In this document: positions 26,489-34,800 of the stretch, piece by piece
Layout: every line of letters starts with the position of its first letter
How positions within the stretch are numbered: the first letter of the stretch is position 1
DNA from: a virus
Taxonomy: Duplodnaviria > Caudoviricetes
IMG/VR virus record: IMGVR_UViG_3300031949_000072
Coordinates: 1-44,875 of that record
Reading direction: 5' to 3' (one strand)
Length of the DNA stretch: 44,875 bases
The notes under the pieces: generated by a model
The model's input: only the letters and a program-made list of their open reading frames with translations
Database searches by the model: none
Told to the model about the DNA's origin: nothing
Translations under genes and position numbers: made by a program

Positions 26489-26561
26489 TTCGGCTTCTCC
26501 TTCCCGCCGGTGCGGCTGCGACCTGTTCCGCAGCCGCCCGCGCGACCGGCCCTCGCACGAA

Positions 26562-28094
26562 TCAGACGGTGTCGATGTTGTAGAGCACGCTGACCGGCGT
26601 CACGCCGGCCGCGAACTCCGTGCTGCTGGCCGCGGTCACCTGTTCCATGGGCTTGAAGTCGTTCCGGACGTGCGCCTGGAGCAGCGTCGAAAGCGCGGCG
26701 GGCATGCGCGTCTCCTCGACCTTCAGCTCGCCGAACGTGCCGAGCATGAACCGCGTCTTGTTGACGCAGAGCGAGATGGTCTCGGTCAGCGTCGCGCCGT
26801 CGTAGACGCCCGACGCGTTGAGATCGGTGCGCAGCGCCTCGCTCATCTTGAGGTCCACGCCGTCCAGCTTCGCCAGCGTGCCGGTCTTGACGGTCGCCGC
26901 GTCGCCGAACACGTCCACGGTCAGCACCTCGGTGGCCTTCATGATCTGGTACCATCCGCCGACGTGGATCACGTGGAACAGGTCGTTCTGGTTCCGGCCC
27001 CAGACGCCCATGTTCGCGCGGTTGTTGCGGAGACCGGTCGTCGTGAGGACGGCGCTCGAGTGCGTGATCTTGGTCGTGTTGCCGAGCTTGCGGAGCCCGT
27101 GCCACGAGAACCGGATGTCCTGCGTGGCGGTCGTGTCGCTGTCCAGGTGCGCGGTGCCCGTGCGAACGCCGTTGACGAGCGCCGTCTCGCGCCCGCGCGC
27201 GATGGCCCGCGCCAACTGATCGCGCATGAGCGGCAGCCACGGCACCACGCTGTCCTCGAACATGTCGTCGTTCCAGAGCAAGAAGGCCAGGTGCGGCACG
27301 CACCGGAAGCTAACGAGCCCGAACGTCGGGTTCGTCAGCGCCACGACCGGCGGCATGACGATCTCGCTCGTGTCGGTCGGCAGCGTCACGCGCGGGATCG
27401 GCACCGCGGTCGTCCCGCCGAGAACCGACATGCAGTCGGAGAGGAGCGCCGGGAAATCCGTCTGCGCCCGGGGCAACGGCACCTGCACCATCTCGTTGAT
27501 GAGGCCCGGCTCCATCCTCACCTTCTCCAAGAGCTGCGCCGAGAGAATGGTGAAGTTGAGATTGGCACCGATGCCGGCCGAGCCGGGGTGCATGATCTCG
27601 TTCGCGCGCACGTAGCCGGCGCGCGCCATCGCCAGGAAGTACGCCTTGAAGTCGTCGGTCTCGGCGATCTTCCCGAGCAGGTCGCTCTTGTCGAGCGTCG
27701 GGTTGGCGAACTTCTTCTGCCAGAAGTGCAGGACCACTGCGTCGTTCAAGTCCTGCAGCTCGCGGAGCTGATCCTTGTCCGACTCCCGGAGGATCGGATG
27801 CGACGCCTGCATGGAGATCGCTCGCTTGTAGGGCAGCTTCATCTGCCCCTGGAAGAGCGTGCCGCGCTGCATCGCGACCTTCTCCTCCAGCTCGGCAAGC
27901 GGGTTGGCGGAGGGCAGATTCGTGCGACGCAGGTCCTCGATGGACTTGGTGAGGTCGGCGAACTGCTTCTCGAACTGAGCGCGAACCTCGCGATCCGCGA
28001 CCAGCCCCTTCTCGATGTCCGGCAGCTTGCGCTCGACGAGGTCCTTGAGGTCGTGAACCGTCTTCAGGGCCTCGGCTACCGTAGGCTCTGCCAT
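26562..28094 (-). CDS. Major capsid protein (HK97 fold, N-terminal coiled-coil scaffold domain)
   Basis: MFEDSVV...LMRDQLARAIARGRETALVNG, GLRK, GTLAKLDGVDL; follows the protease. Confidence 0.9.
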   Translation of the reverse strand: MAEPTVAEALKTVHDLKDLVERKLPDIEKGLVADREVRAQFEKQFADLTKSIEDLRRTNLPSANPLAELEEKVAMQRGTLFQGQMKLPYKRAISMQASHPILRESDKDQLRELQDLNDAVVLHFWQKKFANPTLDKSDLLGKIAETDDFKAYFLAMARAGYVRANEIMHPGSAGIGANLNFTILSAQLLEKVRMEPGLINEMVQVPLPRAQTDFPALLSDCMSVLGGTTAVPIPRVTLPTDTSEIVMPPVVALTNPTFGLVSFRCVPHLAFLLWNDDMFEDSVVPWLPLMRDQLARAIARGRETALVNGVRTGTAHLDSDTTATQDIRFSWHGLRKLGNTTKITHSSAVLTTTGLRNNRANMGVWGRNQNDLFHVIHVGGWYQIMKATEVLTVDVFGDAATVKTGTLAKLDGVDLKMSEALRTDLNASGVYDGATLTETISLCVNKTRFMLGTFGELKVEETRMPAALSTLLQAHVRNDFKPMEQVTAASSTEFAAGVTPVSVLYNIDTV

Positions 28095-28798
28095 GTGCGG
28101 ATCTCCTTTGCGAGGGTGACGAGCAGGTCGGACTGTTCGTCACGGTTGCCGCCGCCCACGGCGGCGAGTGCTTCGAGGACCGCGGCATCGCGCGTCTCGT
28201 GATCGCACGAGCGGCCGCAGAGCGGACAGTCGCCGCCGGCGGCCAGGCTGCGCATGACGCTGGCCAGGGTGTCGCGGTTCGAGGGGATGGCGCAGACGCT
28301 GGTCTCGATGTAGTCGGTGGTGCGCAGCATCTTGACGCCCTCGCGACCCTGCGGATCGGGCAGCTCGTCGGCCAGCACGTCAATCGACAGGCCGCTGTCG
28401 AGCCCCTGCTCCATGCGCTTCCACAGGTTGTCGACGCTCATCATGGTCACGGGCGCAAGCGGGCTCGACCGGTACGGGAAATCGAATCCCTCGCCGACCC
28501 ACGCGCGGATGACCGTGCCGTCGCTCGTCGCGTCGATGACGTCCACCTTGCCGATCTCGGCGCCGAGGTCGTGGTTGTAGTGGAGTCCGCGCGTCGTGTA
28601 CGTCGAGCTGATTGCCGCGGCCAGCGACTCCGCCTCGAACCAGGTGCGGTGCCGGTCTACGGCGGTCGTCGAGAGCGTGCCGGCGATGTACCGCTTCCGC
28701 TTGTCGCTCTCGGCGCGCTCGAAGCGCCCTTGGAACATGCGGAATCGCGGGTTCAACGCGGGCCAGCTCGCCGGATCCAGCTTCGGATGCACCTGCAC
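28076..28798 (-). CDS. Prohead protease (HK97-like)
   Basis: STTAVDRH, YNHD...EIGK, SGLSI, ETSVCAIPSN; GAGGAGG RBS before GTG 28798. Confidence 0.85.
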   Translation of the reverse strand: MQVHPKLDPASWPALNPRFRMFQGRFERAESDKRKRYIAGTLSTTAVDRHRTWFEAESLAAAISSTYTTRGLHYNHDLGAEIGKVDVIDATSDGTVIRAWVGEGFDFPYRSSPLAPVTMMSVDNLWKRMEQGLDSGLSIDVLADELPDPQGREGVKMLRTTDYIETSVCAIPSNRDTLASVMRSLAAGGDCPLCGRSCDHETRDAAVLEALAAVGGGNRDEQSDLLVTLAKEIRTWQSLR

Positions 28799-28806
28799 GT
28801 CCCTCC

Positions 28807-31050
28807 TCACGCCGCCGCCTTGGCGATCTGCCGGTCGTACTCTTCGAGGGCGCGAGCCTCGATGGCGCGCAGCTCTCGCTCGAAGAAGCGCCGAACGGCC
28901 AGCTCGAACCGCGCCGCCGTGCCGGCCTTGCGGATCCACGCACGGTCGTAATCGGGTGGCGTCCAGCCGTTCAGATGCGAGAAATCGCTGACCCACTGAC
29001 AACGACAGTTAATGACATCGCCGGCGCGAGCCGTCCCGTCGCCCGGGTACATGAGCAGTGCGCCGCTCCGCGGATCGACGAACGGCGCGTCCATCGCCGT
29101 CGTCTGACCTTCCATCGTCACGTGGTCCGCCGTGTCCTTCGGGTCGTTGCCCCGGACGAGCGCGTCGCGCGAGGTGGTCCAGCGTTTGAACTCGACACCC
29201 ATCTGCTTCGCCCCGAGCCAGCCGCCGGCGTTCTGCGCCTGGTGCGTCTCGGTGCGCGCGATGCGGTCGAGCTGGAAGTCGGCGCGCCGCTCGACGAATG
29301 CCTGCTGGATGCTGTCCCGCATCTCGCGTACGGGCGTCCCGGCGTGGATCGCTTCGCCGATCGCCTTGCGGATCATCTCGGCCGTCGTGTGCACGACCGA
29401 CTCGCTGACCCTAATCGCCTGCGTCTCGACGAACCGAATGACCGCCGGGTCGGAGATGTCAAAGACGACGGCGCCGCCCGGAGCGTTGGAGACAAGCGCC
29501 TGCTCCTCGGCCGCAACGCGGTAGATCTCGCGAAGAATCAGGCGCACGCGATCCGCGAGCCGGCGCGTTTCCTCCTGCTCCTGGATCAAGTTCGTGGGGA
29601 TCGCGCGGATCATGGCACGACCCTTTGCCGGCACCATGTCGGCGTCCTCCGGCATCTCCTTGCCCTTGTTGCCCTTCATTTTCTCGCCCGGTTGCGGTGG
29701 CTGCGCTCCGCCCGCGGCTCCGAGCTGGGCCAGCGCAGCCAGGGGATCCTCCCCAATCGGCCGGCCGTTGAAGTAGAGCTGGTCGGCCGCCTCGTCCTTG
29801 AACGCCTCGAAGTTCAATCGCTCGCGCGCTTCGTTCGGCGTCAGCCAGCCGCTCCGCACGCCGATCTCGTTGATCTCGGCGATCTCCTTCTCCGACTTCT
29901 GCAGCGCCCGCACCTTCGACGTGTCGAACGCGAACTCCAGGTTTTCGTTCGGCCAGAAGCGCGGCAGGAATACGCTGTTCAGGTACTCGGCGATGAGCCG
30001 CTGCCAGCCGAGGATCGTGTCCTCCCAGTAGGCGCGCTCTTGCAGGTCGCCGTTCGCACGGAAGGCGTCGTTGTACGAGCCGAGGCGCACGGGCGGCACG
30101 CCGAACATCATGGCGATTTCGGCCCGCGTCCACTCCAGGCTCTTGATGAACCCGATCTCCTCCTCGCTCGGGCGCGCGATCTGCTCGACCTCGAACTCGC
30201 CCTTCTGGAAGATCATCGGGTTGCCGCTATTCTCGGCGCCAGAGAAGGCTCGCCTGATGTGGTTGCTGAATGCGCCGAGTTCTTCCTCGTTGGCGAACGC
30301 GCGATTCGTCTTGAGGATGAGGCCGACGGGCAGCCCGTTCTTGAACCGGTAGTAGTTGAAGTTCGCGATCTCGCGCTCCAAGAGGATCGCGTTTCTCAGC
30401 CGCGCGATCTCGCCGAGACCTCGGTACGGGCTCGACAGGTTCCGCGTGCGGATGTGCATGATCTCTTCGACCGCGTACGGATGCTCCTTGCTCATCGCAT
30501 CGACCAGCACGTAGCCGCCGATGATCCGCTGCGGGTGCGGGACGACGTGCATCTCTTGCGGGCGCATGCGCAGCAGGTTGACCGGGAGCCCGGCGCGAAG
30601 ATCCAACCACGTGAAGCTGTTGCCCTCGGTCAGCAGATCGGCGACGACGTGCTGCCAGAAGAGGTTCGGCTGCCACACGCTGTTGATGTGCCGGAAGACC
30701 TCGAGCGCCGGATGCTCGTCGATCTCCTCGGGCTTCTCGCGGTCGGTCACGTCGGAGAGGATGAGACGGCAGGACGCGAGGTCGGTTGCGACGCACGAGA
30801 CACAGCGGCCGACGGTAGCCGTGATCTCCTCTGTCTCGATCAGGGGTCCGGCGTCTGGAGCTGGGGAGGTCGAAGCGGAGACGACGCCGAGGAAGGTTGC
30901 GGTCTGGGCGTCGATCTGGGATGGAGCGACGCCCCGGGTCAACGCCGCCGGCGGCGGCTGCCCCGCCGGCGGCGCGGTCCCCACGGTCTGCCCCGCGTCG
31001 CGTCCAAGCGCGACCAGAGCCGCACGCACCCGTCCCAACAACCCCGCCAC
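28807..31050 (-). CDS. Portal protein fused to a MuF/SPP1 gp7-like minor head domain
   Basis: HK97 portal motifs (LLTEGNSF, EIMHIR, YRGLG, IAMMFGVPP, WLTPNEARE), then RIARTET, KRWTTSRD, YPGD...INCRC. Confidence 0.9.
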   Translation of the reverse strand: MAGLLGRVRAALVALGRDAGQTVGTAPPAGQPPPAALTRGVAPSQIDAQTATFLGVVSASTSPAPDAGPLIETEEITATVGRCVSCVATDLASCRLILSDVTDREKPEEIDEHPALEVFRHINSVWQPNLFWQHVVADLLTEGNSFTWLDLRAGLPVNLLRMRPQEMHVVPHPQRIIGGYVLVDAMSKEHPYAVEEIMHIRTRNLSSPYRGLGEIARLRNAILLEREIANFNYYRFKNGLPVGLILKTNRAFANEEELGAFSNHIRRAFSGAENSGNPMIFQKGEFEVEQIARPSEEEIGFIKSLEWTRAEIAMMFGVPPVRLGSYNDAFRANGDLQERAYWEDTILGWQRLIAEYLNSVFLPRFWPNENLEFAFDTSKVRALQKSEKEIAEINEIGVRSGWLTPNEARERLNFEAFKDEAADQLYFNGRPIGEDPLAALAQLGAAGGAQPPQPGEKMKGNKGKEMPEDADMVPAKGRAMIRAIPTNLIQEQEETRRLADRVRLILREIYRVAAEEQALVSNAPGGAVVFDISDPAVIRFVETQAIRVSESVVHTTAEMIRKAIGEAIHAGTPVREMRDSIQQAFVERRADFQLDRIARTETHQAQNAGGWLGAKQMGVEFKRWTTSRDALVRGNDPKDTADHVTMEGQTTAMDAPFVDPRSGALLMYPGDGTARAGDVINCRCQWVSDFSHLNGWTPPDYDRAWIRKAGTAARFELAVRRFFERELRAIEARALEEYDRQIAKAAA

Positions 31051-31079
31051 ACATCCCCCGAGTGCTCCACCGCGGAGAT

Positions 31080-31108
31080 CCTATACCAGTCCCGTGCCAC
31101 TAGGGCAA
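31080..31108 (-). promoter_or_regulatory. Possible promoter TTGCCC-N17-TATAGG upstream of the portal gene
   Basis: Minus strand reads ttgccc tagtggcacgggactgg tatagg, with an extended TG. Confidence 0.45.
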
Positions 31109-31112
31109 GGAA

Positions 31113-31370
31113 TCAGGTATCTCGCTTCCGCAAGCCCCTCGACCAGCCTGGCTCGATCCGAGGCAGAGCCCGCTCGGGAGGCGCCGGATTGCCGGCGCCG
31201 GGGGTGGTGTCGGCCGGTACCGGGGCCGGCGCCTCCACGGCGGTCTCGACCGCGTAGCCGTTGGCGTTGAAGAGCACCGGGCCGAGCCCGTGCACGGAGA
31301 TCTGCGTCTGGCCGCCTGGGAGCTCCTGCACGGTGAACCCGTGATAGGCTCCTGGTCGCACCTGGCCCAC
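31113..31370 (-). CDS. Hypothetical protein
   Basis: AGGAGGAG RBS. Confidence 0.6.
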   Translation of the reverse strand: MGQVRPGAYHGFTVQELPGGQTQISVHGLGPVLFNANGYAVETAVEAPAPVPADTTPGAGNPAPPERALPRIEPGWSRGLRKRDT

Positions 31371-31378
31371 GGCTCCTC

Positions 31379-31711
31379 CTAGGGGACGGCCGGCGTGTTG
31401 GCGACGACCGCCGCGGCCAGCGCATCGGCGCTCGTGCCCAGTGTCGCGGCCAGGGCGGTCAGCTTGGTCGGGTCGCCCGAGAGGATCGCGGCATCGAGCT
31501 GCGCCTTGATCCCGTTCAGCAACACGATTGCCGAGGTCTCGACGTCGGTGTTGCGCGCGACCTGCGCGGTCAAGGCATCCAGTTCTCCGGCCATGGTTTC
31601 GACCTTTCGGTTGAGTTCCATGAGAAGCCGGTGCAGTCGATCCAGCTTCTCGTGCGCGCCCGCGTCGGGTACGACGCGTAGCGTGAGTTCGTGGCCTCTC
31701 TCTTCTGCCAC
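31379..31711 (-). CDS. Ala-rich helical hypothetical protein
   Basis: LDALTAQVARNTDVETSAIVLLNGIKAQL...LAAAVVANTP, a recurrent phage motif. Confidence 0.7.
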   Translation of the reverse strand: MAEERGHELTLRVVPDAGAHEKLDRLHRLLMELNRKVETMAGELDALTAQVARNTDVETSAIVLLNGIKAQLDAAILSGDPTKLTALAATLGTSADALAAAVVANTPAVP

Positions 31712-31728
31712 GCCAACCCTCCTTCAGC

Positions 31729-31962
31729 TTACGCCGGCACCCAGAGAGCCGGCTCGGTCACGATGCTGTCGGCGACCGCGTGCACGGTGACGAGCGCCGT
31801 GGGCATCTCGACCCGGGACATCGGCGTCCCGTCTCCCGGATCGAGCGTCAGGACCGAGACGGCGGTCAGCGTGTTGACGTATCCGCCCTTGCCGTCGCCG
31901 GCCGTGATCGCGTTGACGATCTTGGGCTCGATGGACACGAGCGTCCAGGTAGTCGCTGCCAT
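31729..31962 (-). CDS. Hypothetical protein
   Basis: ATG 31962 with AAGGAGG RBS. Confidence 0.65.
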   Translation of the reverse strand: MAATTWTLVSIEPKIVNAITAGDGKGGYVNTLTAVSVLTLDPGDGTPMSRVEMPTALVTVHAVADSIVTEPALWVPA

Positions 31963-31972
31963 GATTCCTCCT

Positions 31973-33352
31973 TCAGGCGAGATCGCGGAACTGCGGCTGC
32001 CAGTAGATGTAGCTCGCGCTCGTACTCCTGGCCGCCTGTACGTAGACCGAGGGCAGAAGCGAACGCGCGCGTACCATCTCCAGCACATCGGCCCACGTGC
32101 CGGAGGCGCCGCCCGGTCCGGTGGTCGTCGTCCACAGGTGGCTCACCGAGTCGTCGGCGTAGACGCCGAGCTGGATGCGGAGCGCCGCCTGCTGCGCGGT
32201 CGTGAACATCGTTTCGAGCTGGGCCACGGTCTTGAGCACGCCGTAATCGCTGCGCATACCGTGCTCATACCACCGGTTGCGGATATCCTCGGCCGTGTAG
32301 TTCGTGAGGGTCTCTTCGGTGTTGCCCCAGACCTGTTGATCGCCCATGTTGCCGGCGGCCTGTTCATGAAGCGTCTGCAAGAACCCCTTCCAGCCAGTAC
32401 GCAGGCCCGGTATGGCATTTCGGGCACCCCGGTATGCCGTGCCGCTATAGCCGGTCGGAAAAGCGTTCAGCGCCGAGCCGGGGTATGGAGAATCATCCAC
32501 GTTGTCGTACATAACGCCATCGAACCAGTCGGTCTCGCGCACGTTGTCGATGAGTTCGTCGATGTAGATGTTCTCGCGGACATCACATTCCCACGAGTGT
32601 TTCGAGGTCGCTGTCGCAGGAAGGCTCGCATGCGCTGGCGTGTGCGGACACGCGACGCGCCCTGCGATGAACGCAGCGGCACACGTGTACCGGCCCGACG
32701 TGATGTCCGTGCCGATGTCCATCTCGTACTTGTCGATGGCGTTGCACGAGTAGGAGTTCCACCCGTTGACCGTCGGCGACATGCCGGCCTTCGTACAGCC
32801 CGAGGCGGGGTTCGCGTTCAGAATGTGCGCCCGTCCGACATCGATGTTCCCCTGCTCGGCGGGCGTATAGCCGGGCATCTGGGAAACTGATTCGAAGTTC
32901 CACAGCCCCGTAATGACCTTCGTCCCGATGCGGCTCCGCGCCTTGATCGAAGCCACGTGCTCGACCGGCGTGCCCGGACGCAGCATCACGAGGTCGCACA
33001 TGGCGGCGACGTCGAGCACCGCCTGACCGAAGAACTGGACGGTATTCGTCGGGTTGTCCTCGACGATCTCGGCCGCTGCGTTGCCGCCGCGCGCCGCGAT
33101 CCGCGCGAGCAACGCCGACTTCCACACGCTCCAGTTGTAACCGCGGAGGAATGGCGTGCAAGCCATGGTTGCGGTCGAGAAGTCCGTCGGGTCGCTCTGG
33201 TTCCAACTGTGGAAGATCATGCCGGAGATCAGGAGTCGATTCCCAGGCGACTCGCCGGACATCGAGATCTTGGAGCTCGCGCGCGCCGCGATGCGCCGCA
33301 CTTGCGCGTGGCTGACTTCGAGCGTCGTGCGCCGTGTCACGATTCGAGTCAC
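31973..33352 (-). CDS. Putative glycoside-hydrolase-like (TIM-barrel) protein
   Basis: GTGA overlap at 33352; DLVML, WFDGVMYDNV, GWKGFLQTL, VWGN patterns. Confidence 0.5.
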   Translation of the reverse strand: MTRIVTRRTTLEVSHAQVRRIAARASSKISMSGESPGNRLLISGMIFHSWNQSDPTDFSTATMACTPFLRGYNWSVWKSALLARIAARGGNAAAEIVEDNPTNTVQFFGQAVLDVAAMCDLVMLRPGTPVEHVASIKARSRIGTKVITGLWNFESVSQMPGYTPAEQGNIDVGRAHILNANPASGCTKAGMSPTVNGWNSYSCNAIDKYEMDIGTDITSGRYTCAAAFIAGRVACPHTPAHASLPATATSKHSWECDVRENIYIDELIDNVRETDWFDGVMYDNVDDSPYPGSALNAFPTGYSGTAYRGARNAIPGLRTGWKGFLQTLHEQAAGNMGDQQVWGNTEETLTNYTAEDIRNRWYEHGMRSDYGVLKTVAQLETMFTTAQQAALRIQLGVYADDSVSHLWTTTTGPGGASGTWADVLEMVRARSLLPSVYVQAARSTSASYIYWQPQFRDLA

Positions 33353-33993
33353 CGGAAGAGCCCCTTCACCCCGCCCCACGTCCCGCCCCGAACGGGAAGG
33401 GGCGTCACCGAGCAGGCCGTCGCGGTGCGCGCCGCCTTCTGGATGCATCCGCCCTGGCCCCACGGCACGATGCACCCATCCAGCCATGCGACGCCCGCGT
33501 CGCCCCAGCAGAGGTCGGCGCCGTCAACCGTGACGAAGCTCGTCAATCGTCCGCCCTCGGCGCACTGGCAATGGAATGCGGCTGCTGTCGGTGCCGCGGT
33601 CGCAAACTTGAAGGCGACCGCCACGAGGTCGATGAACTCCTCGCCCTCGAATGCGATGGGTGCGGCCCCTGCTACCTGCGCCAGGATCGCGCGGTTCGTC
33701 CCGCTGCACGCCGGGCCGAATGGCAGATCGAGGTTCGTGGTCAACGTCCAGCCCGCCTTCGCCGCGTGCTGCCCGATCTCGATCCACTGAAGGACGAGCT
33801 TGCTCGTGTCGTACTCGATAACAGCCTGGAAGAACTGCGCCTCGGCCGCATCGCTCTGGGCCACGACGTGCAGCGCCACTACTTCGTTCGGGTAGGCGCA
33901 GGCCCCTTGCAGCACGACGAGCGTGCCGGCCCCGCTGACCGCCGAGGCAATGAGAACGGCCAGGACCACCAGAAGCGAGCCAAGAGTCCTCAT
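33349..33993 (-). CDS. Secreted cohesin-like beta-sandwich protein with C-terminal TWGGVKGLFR motif
   Basis: Signal peptide MRTLGSLLVVLAVLIASAVSGA; FQAVIEYDTSKL cohesin-like strand; terminal TWGxxKxxFR. Confidence 0.7.
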   Translation of the reverse strand: MRTLGSLLVVLAVLIASAVSGAGTLVVLQGACAYPNEVVALHVVAQSDAAEAQFFQAVIEYDTSKLVLQWIEIGQHAAKAGWTLTTNLDLPFGPACSGTNRAILAQVAGAAPIAFEGEEFIDLVAVAFKFATAAPTAAAFHCQCAEGGRLTSFVTVDGADLCWGDAGVAWLDGCIVPWGQGGCIQKAARTATACSVTPLPVRGGTWGGVKGLFR

Positions 33994-34301
33994 GCTTCCT
34001 CCAGACGTGCGATCCGACAGTCCCGGCCGTCGTCGATGCCGACCTCATAGAGGCCCGCGACGTTCAGAATCTGCATCGCGCCCCAGAAGTCGTCGAGCAG
34101 CTTGGCCTGCGTGCTGTTCTGAAGCTGCGGCGCGAACGCGACGATCTTCTCCCGCCACGCGGCGAGGCGCTCGGGCGGCGGCGGGTCGTCCAGGCGCGTC
34201 GTCAGCCAGAGCGTGAAGGTGGCGGGGACGAGGCCGACGGGCGTCTGGCATTCCAGGTCCTGACGCACGGTGACCGTCGTGTAGTACCACATGCCCTTCA
34301 C
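33990..34301 (-). CDS. Hypothetical protein
   Basis: GTGA/ATGA coupled at both ends. Confidence 0.65.
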   Translation of the reverse strand: MKGMWYYTTVTVRQDLECQTPVGLVPATFTLWLTTRLDDPPPPERLAAWREKIVAFAPQLQNSTQAKLLDDFWGAMQILNVAGLYEVGIDDGRDCRIARLEEA

Positions 34302-34696
34302 GCCGGAGGCCCCCCCGGCAACTTCTTCTCGAAGGCGCGGATGGCCGCCTGCTCGACCAGCGCCTTAAACGAGTCGAAGAACGCCTCCTGCTCGGCCGGC
34401 GTCATGTAGCTGAAGGTGTCGGCGTCGGCGAACGGAAGGGCGGTCAGGTCGGAGCCGGTGAACGCGTCCAGCGTCTCGCCGGCCAGCGCGGCACTCGCCA
34501 GCACGCCGCCCTTGATGGCCGGGAGGAGCTGCGCGGATACGGCCGGCAGCGCCGAGATGATCCACAGGATGAACGGGAGGTCTGGCCGGCCCGCGCGGAG
34601 CTTGGAGAGCATCTCGCTCAGGAACACGGCGGCAGCGCCCGCGGCGCTGACCGCTTGCTGGCGCATCTCGGGCGTGATCTGTGTCCGGTCGGCCAT
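34298..34696 (-). CDS. Hypothetical Ala-rich, possibly membrane-associated protein
   Basis: GAGGAAGG RBS; hydrophobic middle section. Confidence 0.65.
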   Translation of the reverse strand: MADRTQITPEMRQQAVSAAGAAAVFLSEMLSKLRAGRPDLPFILWIISALPAVSAQLLPAIKGGVLASAALAGETLDAFTGSDLTALPFADADTFSYMTPAEQEAFFDSFKALVEQAAIRAFEKKLPGGPPA

Positions 34697-34717
34697 GGCA
34701 AGCCTTCCTCTCGTGTG

Positions 34718-34791
34718 TGGGGGCAGGGGCCGGAGTCGAACCGGCCTCGGGCGGGCTTATGAGACCTGCCGGGTCCCGGACCTCCGCTGCC
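34718..34791 (-). tRNA. Atypical tRNA with CAT anticodon (Met/Ile2-like), encoded CCA
   Basis: GGCAGCG-GA-GGTC CGG GACC-C-GGCAGGT CTCATAA GCCCGCC-CGAG-GCCGG TTCGACT CCGGC-CCCTGCC-C-CCA. Confidence 0.75.
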
Positions 34792-34800
34792 GTTCCGGAT

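Noticed and set aside
26506-26550. Rho-independent terminator after the capsid gene
   Set aside because: The GCGGCTGCG/CGCAGCCGC hairpin is present but has no U-tract; at most a stabilising or pause element.
22314-31257. Long plus-strand ORFs (627, 580, 881 aa) opposite structural genes
   Set aside because: Antisense shadows of well-supported minus-strand genes.
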